From assembly GCA_001788565.1 (NCBI GenBank), contig MGCX01000010.1, positions 1 through 36,518 of the forward strand: 36,518 nt of DNA, read 5' to 3'. A program made the translations under genes and the position numbers. This document shows positions 36,432-36,518 of this stretch, piece after piece. The notes under the pieces are model-generated. The model did not search any database. It was given only the letters and a program-made list of their open reading frames with translations, and was not told the origin of the DNA. Numbering within the stretch: the first letter of the stretch is position 1; each line of letters begins with the position of its first letter. This stretch comes from Candidatus Saccharibacteria bacterium RIFCSPHIGHO2_12_FULL_49_19 (GTDB lineage Bacteria; Patescibacteriota; Saccharimonadia; Saccharimonadales; UBA10212).

Positions 36432-36518
36432 TAAACTAATGCTAGCAGATATCAAGAAAACGGAGCCGCATTACGTGACCCCGTCTCCTGTAAAGAGTGT
36501 ATATCTTAAGCGCTACGG

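Noticed and set aside
36440-36518. Fluoride or yybP-ykoY riboswitch upstream of DUF475
   Set aside because: GGAGACGG start is suggestive, but the required pairing and conserved downstream motifs are not visible

Overview
Compact bacterial chromosome segment using genetic code 11 (TGA is a stop), most genes on the minus strand. Protein content and divergence suggest a Patescibacteria/CPR genome, probably Saccharibacteria (inference, no database search). In window order: gatB (partial), a membrane-anchored HEPN-like ORF, gatA, gatC, a hypothetical, uvrB; a sugar/nucleotide catabolism run transcribed ppa, IMPase-like, NUDIX, gap (with a ~170-aa tail), rpiB, rpe, split transketolase, class II aldolase, PfkB kinase, a 428-aa unknown, LOG/SLOG; then GDPD, trxB, an NrdH-like glutaredoxin with tandem NrdR boxes, FKBP, an orphan RND transporter, pheT, pheS, GH63 hydrolase, rmuC, a ZIP/Fur(Zur) divergon, an MFS/NDH-2 divergon, DUF2207, thioredoxin plus CcdA, a membrane-anchored hypothetical and a DUF475/TerC-like protein. 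I saw no prophage, transposase, CRISPR, tRNA or rRNA. The most interesting signals are non-coding: a candidate ~80-nt sRNA with its own promoter, tetraloop hairpins and terminator (34584-34664) next to an ERIC-like palindrome; a heptamer-periodic ~125-nt hairpin before gatB plus an in-frame heptamer insert in gatA; a 112-nt hairpin between nrdH and trxB; and frequent leaderless -10 promoters.
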